Part shown: one piece after another, positions 55,511-64,000 of the stretch
How positions within the stretch are numbered: the first letter of the stretch is position 1
Layout of the letters: each line of letters opens with the position of its first letter
Origin: Octopus vulgaris
Taxonomy: Eukaryota
Direction of reading: 5' to 3'
NCBI GenBank assembly: GCA_951406725.2
Contig: OX597823.1
Location: forward strand, 55,056,001 to 55,120,000
Length of the DNA stretch: 64,000 bases
The notes under the pieces: generated by a model
The model's input: only the letters and a program-made list of their open reading frames with translations
Told to the model about the DNA's origin: nothing
Database searches by the model: none
Translations under genes and position numbers: made by a program

Positions 55511-56641
55511 GACATTTATATACATAAACATCTATGTAAATACATACATATACACACACATGTTTTATATGCATATTTCTATATGTATATATGTGTGTTG
55601 TTATAAATTTACATATATATTTGTAATTATAAACATGTATATGGATGTATGTGTAAATGTATGCACATACATGTATATATACGTGTATGTGTATATATAT
55701 AAAAGTAAATAAAACACACACACACACACACACATATATACTTGCATACATACATACATACATACATACATACATACATACATGACTTAAAAGTTTGGTC
55801 GCTTTTTAGTTACCTATTTAGGAGTTGGCTATTGATTTACTAATTGAATTTATTTACCGATACTGTTGTACATAGGTAGATGTGTTTGAAAGTTGTGGTT
55901 TCTTTGGTATGTTTGTTCCCAGACAACACTTATTTTAGTGCTGTTGACACCACCCGAATGAATGGTACTTCCGAGGTGTCGAAACCATAATGATATCCGT
56001 GGGGCAGCTAATGATGGCGGTATATTGGATTGTTGGCATGGCTGTTTTTGTATATGTAGAATAGTGTTATAACTCATCCTTTTGATATATGCATCTATAT
56101 ACGCATATACACGTACACAGTCTCACATACATTTACACACATAGAGAGTGTGAGAGAGAGGGAGAATAAGAGAGAGAAAATCATACGCACAGACTAAGAA
56201 ATATATTTTGACATGATAATGTCTAGATGTTTAGCAGTATATCGTGGATAGAGAACTCAATATGAAATATAGAGTGAAGCAAATAATTGCATATCTTAAG
56301 AAAGTGTGCCATTTTTACATACGTTTCATTCACTTCTCAGTCACAGGTACGTATATGCAGCTATCCATCCATCCATCCATCCATATATGTATACGTACAT
56401 GCATAAATACATACACAAATAATTACAAATATACATACATGTATCCACACATGTATAGATGTATGTGTGTGCGTGTGTGAGTGTATGTGTGTATGCGTGT
56501 GTGTGTAGCCATCATTGTGGATGTGTTGCTTTTTCCTGTGTATAGCTGTCCAGTCGACTCAAATGCAAGATTCAAACAGAGAAGAGGAGGATGGTGAGGG
56601 AAAGAGGAGAGAGAGGATGAAATAGACACAGAGAGAGAGAG

Positions 56642-56705
<64 letters not shown>

Positions 56706-56796
56706 GGAAAGAAAATAAAGAAATGCAAGAAGAGAATAGGCCTGGTTGAAGAAAGAAAGAGAAATTTAGAGAATAGAAGAGACGAAAATAGAGGAG

Positions 56797-56849
<53 letters not shown>

Positions 56850-57428
56850 AAAAGTGAAAGAAATAAAGAAGGAGAGAGAGCGAAACGATAGAAGTCGCTG
56901 CAAAAGAGAGATGTTAAGAACAAAGAGATTTTTCAAAGATTCTTTGAACTGAATAAGATAACAAGTAAAGATCAGCAGGAAAGTAGAGACAAATTACTGG
57001 ACTTCGATGCAACAATTGAACTGGGAGAGGTAATTGAGGAGAAATAACAAAACCGTTGAGAAAAAAAAAACAACAAAAACCCAATAAAAAGAAAAGAGAA
57101 AAGACTGAAGCTTCAATCATTAGAGGCTGAGTGTGGGACGAACACAAGTTATTTTGTTTTGTTTTGTTTAGTTTTTTTTTTATTAATATCTTCATTTCAT
57201 TTGTTTATCTTTTAAGTTTGTGTTGTCTGCCGCTGTGTTTGTGTCCTTAGTCTCTATGTATGTATTTCAGTACGTGTGATCCTTTACTCTCTCAGGTGTG
57301 TCCAAATTTGGTTTTTGATATTTCTAATACGATGAGTATTAAATAAAATATATTGGAAAAGCAATACGGTAACAGGAAATGACAACATTGTTGTGTATGG
57401 ACATACATTCTTATATATATATTCACAC

Positions 57429-57473
<45 letters not shown>

Positions 57474-58465
57474 CACACAAATATATACGCACATAAATTA
57501 TATATATGTGTGTGTATGGTAAGAAGTTTGCTTTTGAACCTTGGGGAAGTGTTTTCTACTATAACCCCGAGGCGACCAATGCCTTGTGAGTGGATTTGAT
57601 AGACAGAAACTGAAAGAAATCGCCGTATGAATATATCTATGTGTGTGTGTGGCTCTGTGTTTGTGAATGTCCTCCACCACCGCTTGGTAAAAGTGTTGGT
57701 TTGTTTACGTTCCCTTAACATAGCGGTTCGGCAAAAGAGACTGACAGAATAATTACCAGGCTTTGACGGAAGATGAGTCCTGACGGTCAATTCGTTCGAC
57801 TAAAAGCCCTTCAAGGCGGAGCTCCAGTATGGTCACAGACCAATGACTGAAATAAGGAAAAGATAACACACACTCACACACACACATACACACACACACA
57901 CACTCACACACACACACACACTCACACACACGAACACTCATAACACACACTCATAACCCCCCCGACACACACATAGGTAGCAAACAATTACGAATGATAC
58001 AAAGACTGGTACATCTTCAAACTTTTCTTATAATTCAACTGTTAGTTATACATCGCAATTAGTAAGCTAAATGACCGACACGTGTTTCTGATGCACAGAG
58101 TATATGCAGTTGGTTTAACTTGCATCTAGCTATCGTTATTATCACTAGCTTAAAATATCTTATTTTTAAAAACAAAAATCATAATAAGATTTACAAGTAC
58201 AGTAATTTTCATACAATTTAAAACTCAATTTGCAAATGCACCTTCCTTATCGATATCTTAAAAAATATATATGACAGAATTCCAATCACATAATTAAATT
58301 TAGTTAATTTTTATACATAGACGAAGCCTATTAGGTCACTCAAATATATTTTGACCTCTCAATTTCTTCCTGGACTAAGGTTAACTTAAGGTCAACTTCG
58401 GAATTAATTTCATAGCCATATCAGATTTCAACTCATTCCTATCACTTTCGTTTTGTATTTTAAAC

Positions 58466-58777
58466 CAGTACTTCTCAAACTCTCTGATGTGGCGAACCGG
58501 CAGTTTTTTCCAATGTGCCTGAGACCAGTAATATTTCTTAGTAATATCTATTTATACCGGAAACAATATATATATAATGAATATAATAAAAGTTGACATT
58601 TTTTTTAGATCTTAAATTTATTTTATAAACAAATAATACAATATTACATAAACATTTTATAAGCATTTCATAAGCATTTTCTAACGCTTCTTTCTTTTCT
58701 GGAAACACGCTGCATACAAGTAGCTGATGGCTCACGGATCGGCACTGGTCCACGGACCACCTCTTTGAGTAGCAATG
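58466..58777. mobile_element. hAT MITE
   Basis: TIRs CAGTACTTCTCAAA / TTTGAGTAGCAATG; 8-bp TSD ttttaaac / tcttaaac (7/8). Confidence 0.75.
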
Positions 58778-59483
58778 TCTTAAACCATAGTAAAATAACC
58801 CCTGAATTCGCTGGCCTTGTGCCAAAATTCGAAATCAGTATTAAACGGGGATTTCATTAATTCGTCAAAATTTTACACTAACAATAACAATGAGAAACAG
58901 TACAAATCAGAATTACTCGAACGTGAATTTTACAATCTGCACTAAACCGACAGTTCCATAATGTAGGTTGATATCTTTAGAACATTTTCCACCTATTAGG
59001 TGTCCAAATGATTAATAAATAATTGAAGACACATCCACACTTTTTCTAGTATATAAGAAGAGTTTGATGATATTTTCATACTAATATATTTTATTGTACT
59101 TTTGATTTTATTTCCGAAGCTAAACACTTTAGCACAAAGTTCATTGTTACATAAAGTAATAATACATTATCGCTAACATCCACTGCTTTCTTAAGCATTG
59201 TTACTTGTCTACTTTGTCACAATATTTCAAAGAATCTGTACAACAGTAACTAATTAGCTCAGACCTTTTATTCTAATCGACTTTCACGTTTTGCACCATT
59301 AATTGAATCGTTTAGACTGAGATTCACTCTTTATGTATTGCTTGCTATTATAGTCACTTTATTATTAAACATGATACCAACCATCTCTTATTAAACTATC
59401 TATTTGTGAAGCTTCATAAAATTTATGACGTTGTGGTTACTTTCTCCATTACAGGTTTTAGCTACACGCTAAAATATTAATTA

Positions 59484-60000
59484 GCGTAAATCTTCGAGTA
59501 TAATCCGCATTTTTTCCCCAAAATTTAAAGGTCAGAATCCCCTGTGCGTACTATATACGAGGTTAAAAATGAAAAATATTTTCTAAGCAATGTCTGAGTC
59601 TCTATTTGCTGTCCAGCAATTCAGACGCATTTTGTGATGTCGGGCACGAAAATACCTTAAGCTAAGCCTGAAAGCAATGAAGCCATAAGATAATCATCCG
59701 TAACTTGCAGTAAGCAACATTTAATTAAAATAAAAGTATTCAGAACACAGAATAATATGTAACAAAAGCAATTTGCAAACATATTTACATTCCCATATAA
59801 CAGTTAAGAACATCACCATTATTGTATTACGCATGCGCGGAAGTGTTTGTTCGACTTAGTGCTGCTGGCTTAATTACGCACGACTCAAGGTAGAGAAGGG
59901 GTGCGTATTATACACAAGGTTTAGGTGTTTCAGAGGTACAGCCCCCTAAAAATCCCCAGCGTATTATACTCAAGGGCGGACTATACTCGAGGATTTACGG
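59484..60000. mobile_element. Tc2/pogo-like MITE
   Basis: TA|gCGTAAATCTTCGAGTATAATCCGC ... GCGGACTATACTCGAGGATTTACGG|TA; reiterated subterminal gcgta.tata.acgagg motifs. Confidence 0.8.
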
Positions 60001-60139
60001 TAAATCACATCCAAGATCGTTCGATGGTATCCATATGTTAATATTTCTTTGTACGTCAAACCTACTATAATATTTACTGTACACCTTAGTCTTTTTTGTA
60101 CACTTTATCTGTTCCTATATCAGTTTTTTTTTTCACGTG

Positions 60140-60348
60140 AAGGTGGCGAGCTGGAAGAATCGTTACCGCGTCAGATAAAATGCTTAGCGCAATTTCTTCC
60201 GGATCTTGACGTTCTGAGTTTAAAAAAACCTCTGGTTTCCACACCGCATTTCATCCCTTCGGGGACGATAAAATAAAGTACCAATGTGGTTGATGTAATC
60301 GGTTGGTTCCATTCTACCAACATTTTAGGCCTTATGCCTATTGTAGAG
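60140..60348 (+). mobile_element. Diverged Nin-domain-like SINE
   Basis: aaggtggcgagctgg...ttcatcccttcgggg.cgataaaataaagtacca. Confidence 0.65.
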
Positions 60349-61038
60349 AGACATTTAGATGTCTCGTAATAATTATCATCTGAATTTCTATTTTCATATT
60401 TTTACCCAGACAAAATTCATAGTTTTTTTTTCAAAATCAATATTCCCAATATTTTCCCTTGTAAACAAACTTTTGGTAGATACGATTTTTGTTTACACCG
60501 CATATTGGTGTTTCGGATATTTTATTTTTATTTCAATTCTGGTATTCTCCAAAAACAAGCTCCCTTTTAATTTAACAATACTTCTGTTTTACATATTGCA
60601 AATTGATTTTACTATTCTGCCAAATATATTGAATTCCAGGTTTTTATAAAAATATTGTTGGTCTGTATTTATACATTTACGCATACAATTTCCAATATCT
60701 ATCTATCCACACACACACGCACACACATACACACACACGCACCTACACACACACGTGTATGTATATTCATATAGTTATATAAATGTACATCTTTTCAGTA
60801 TATATTCTTACGCATTTATGCATATATTTTCTTATGCATTTTATTTCAACTCAAATGCATTATATTCATCATAATATTGAATTCTCATAGATCCGATTTT
60901 TACTTATATACATTCTCTTAAATTACAGCGTCTGAAGTAGATCGTAACGTTACATACCAAAAGATTTATTTACTAAAACAAACCTCTTCAACAATATAAC
61001 TAACATAACTTTAAATTGTATTATTAAATTCATCGTAT

Positions 61039-61615
61039 AAGGCGGCGAGCTGGCAGAAATGTTAGCACGTCGGGCGAAATGCTTAGCAGTATTGCGTCTG
61101 CCGCTACGTTCTGAGTTCAAATTTTGCCGAGGTCGACTTTGCCTTTCCTCCTTTCGGGGTCGATTAAATAAGTACCAGTTACGCATTGGGGTCGATATAA
61201 TCGACTTAATCCGTCTGTCTCTCCTTGTTTGTCCTATCTGTGTTTAGCCCCTTGTGGGTAGTAAAGAAATAGGTATTTCATCCATCGCTTCGTTCTGCGC
61301 TCAAATTCCGCTGAGATTGACTTTGCCTTTCATTCTTTCAGGGTCGATAAATCAGGTACCAGTTGAGTACTGGGGTCGATGTGATAGACTGTCCCCCTCC
61401 CACAAAATCCAGACCTTGTGCCTATAGTAGAAAGGGATAAGCAAATTGCTTAGGTGGTATTTCGTCTGTTTTTTATATTCTGAGTTCAAATTCCGTCGAG
61501 TTCGATTTTGCCTATCTTCCTTTCGGGGTCGATAAAATAAGAACCAGTTGAGTACCGGGGTCAATGTAATCCCCTCCCCCAAATTGCCGGCCTTATGCCA
61601 AAATTTGAAACCATA
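61039..61615 (+). mobile_element. Head-to-tail trimer of Nin-domain-like SINEs
   Basis: Central domain at about 61110, 61300 and 61480, with three different short tails. Confidence 0.85.
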
Positions 61616-62247
61616 ATTATTATTATACAAACTTGTTAAATATTTCAATAAATAACAGGTTTACAACTTAATACTCTGAAAATTTTAAGATCTTTTCGGT
61701 TTGACACACCAGATCAGATATGCTTGTTTAAATTTTGGAAAATTTTAACCATTCAGATTCGTCCATTTTCGATACTCCGGAAGCTGGAATTGCTACGTTT
61801 ACATTGCAATTTCTTTTGTGCTTGGTGACATGTTTTCCCTCGCAATTATTCTTTTTAGTTCATATTATTCATTATTCTGCGATAAATTAATAATGAAAAC
61901 CTTACACAATCATTTTTTAATGAAAGAAAATTAAATTAATCATAAAAACGTTACACAACGTTTTTTTTCTTTCTCTCAAAGATGAAAAATATTTAATGAA
62001 AGAAAATGAAACGAATCAAATTAATTTATGAAACTGTGAAACAAAACAGCAAATGAACTTCGCCGAATTTCAGTTTACATAACGGCAAATGAACTTATGA
62101 AAACTGAAATTAAGAGATGCATTGCAGCATTTTCTTGCAAGAGATCATAATTACTTTGTCTGTGCCATCACGTAAATAAATACACAGAGTAATAAGTCAA
62201 TCATAGAACGATGACTACTATAGCACCGTTTATTTGATCCTTTAAGG

Positions 62248-62750
62248 CAGTAAACCCCAACGACTTTTACATCATGGATCGGTTTCACGCAAGATAAATT
62301 TTATACGGACCGGAGGATCGCGAATATTACAAAACACTATAAAGAGCATTACATAATTTAATCATTACATGGATAATACACATATATTGGGTTCAAATTT
62401 TGGCACAAAGCCATCAGATTTGGGGAAGAGGCTAAGTCGATTACATAGACCCCGGTGTTCAACTGGTACTTATTTTATTGATCCCGAAAGGAAGAAAGGC
62501 AAAGTCGGCCACGGCTGAATTTGAACTTAGAACGTAACGACGGATGAAATGGCGTTAAGCATTTTACCGCCATCTTATAATTAACATTATTTATATATAC
62601 AATGCATATATAATGCAAGAAATACCCTGCAGATTGTGATAGTCAATAACATAGAAATAAAGTTTAAAAAATTATATTTTTCTGAGCGACCCGGTGCCAA
62701 ATGATCCGTGGACCGGTTCTGATCTGCGGTCCTATGGTTGCCGACCCTTG
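62248..62750. mobile_element. hAT MITE with a nested Nin-domain-like SINE (about 62390-62575)
   Basis: Ends CAGTAAACCCCAAC / GTTGCCGACCCTTG (degenerate); 8-bp TSD ctttaagg / ctctaagg (7/8). Confidence 0.6.
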
Positions 62751-62757
62751 CTCTAAG

Positions 62758-63270
62758 GCACTTTCACGTGCTTCCAACTTGTTGATGTGGGTTCCATCTG
62801 ATTTTAAAAATTCGAAGCTGTGATTCCCAGTTCTCTGCTGAATGTCGTAGCCTGGTATTTCTAGGATATGGGGATAGGCTTGTCACAAGTCCCTATACTA
62901 AGTGGATCCTGGTAGAACTGACTCCCGAATACATCCTTCGGGTGTATTGCAGTTACGATATGATACCGCATACAGAAATATCTGCCCTGTTTAGCGACAC
63001 ACGTCATCAAAGATTCACTGCTCTGAGAGCACCCTTTCTCTATTCAACATTCATCTGGAATACATAGTTTCATTTATCTCTATTATCATTCTAGCACCAT
63101 CTATCCATATTGGGTTCCGAAGTAGGTAATCTACCCACAATTCCCTCATGTAGTTATAATCAACCACGGTGTTACGTATCATTTTTCAATTCCTCCTCAA
63201 AGAAACGAGCAGTTGTCTGTTCATTTACCCAAACTCAGCTATGGTTATTAGTGAAAGAGTGCTATCTTCA
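62758..63270 (-). mobile_element. Possible degraded CR1/L2-like RT fragment
   Basis: Minus strand tggaacccacatcaacaagttggaagca resembles the WNPH..INKLE motif (frameshifted). Confidence 0.3.
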
Positions 63271-63289
63271 AGTCAGCGTTCTTTTTTTT

Positions 63290-63440
63290 TTCTTTATTGC
63301 CCATAAGGGTCTAAACATAGAGGAGACAAACAAGGACAGACAAAGGGATTACATAGACCCCCGTGCGTAACTGGTACTTAATTTATCGACCCCGAAAGGA
63401 TGAAAGGCAAAGTCGACCTCGGCGGAATTTGAACTCAGAA
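63290..63440 (-). mobile_element. Nin-domain-like SINE, 5'-truncated
   Basis: Matches 14192-14355. Confidence 0.8.
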
Positions 63441-64000
63441 GTCAACGTTCTTTCTTAACATACAAATTCATTGTAACCCGTCATCTTTCAGTTACACAGT
63501 CTCCGTATGATATTTTCTCTGACAAAGATGTCTTCTATTGGAAATAGCCCATTGCATCCTCCTCCGTTTTCAAATTAATTCATACACTTCTCAGATTCTC
63601 AACTCAGTCATTCATAATGGTTTTCAATTTCTTGCTTCTCCTTTCGTTTTATATATTTTTGCTCGTGCTAAATATGTTTTCGCATGCTGCTTCAATATGT
63701 TGCTAAGGGAAAATATGGAAATTCTGACTTTCCTGCGTGCCGAAAATAATCGTATCCGATTGGCTGAAAATTCATCAAATTTCACTCCTTAAACGTTCGT
63801 AAGCTCATTACTTACAATTTTTTTTCCCAAAATGTTTATGATTTTCATAATTAACATGAAAATATTACATCTGTGTAGCAATTTCCAAACGAAATCGGTT
63901 CTGGTGCGTCAAAACGAACAGGTTAATTCTTTCCTTCATAACAAATATTAGTTCATTTGAAATGTATAAATGACAATAAAAGCGTTAGAAACATTTTTTT

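Overview
AT-rich, microsatellite-saturated eukaryotic DNA whose repeat families look like octopus/cephalopod (inference). The only host coding feature I can support is one giant 4.6 kb minus-strand exon (2302-6892) of a Syd-1/RhoGAP100F-type gene, carrying a PDZ domain inside homopolymer-rich sequence. The rest is probably its upstream intron(s) or flanking DNA. It holds several tRNA-derived SINE families, LINE fragments (RTE, R4/Dong-like, CR1-like), a Penelope-like RT/GIY-YIG fragment, a Tc1 remnant, hAT and Tc2-type MITEs, a non-autonomous Helitron, foldback elements and a 150-bp tandem array. The most striking signal is a dispersed family of short non-coding elements ending at (TA)n arrays and carrying minimal type-I hammerhead-ribozyme-like motifs, alongside a Penelope ORF that has its own hammerhead-like motif. 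Retroelements here appear to partition by microsatellite type: (TA)n, (TACA)n and (TAA)n. Most short ORFs in the track are microsatellite artefacts. All alignments and folds were done by eye, so repeat boundaries are approximate.
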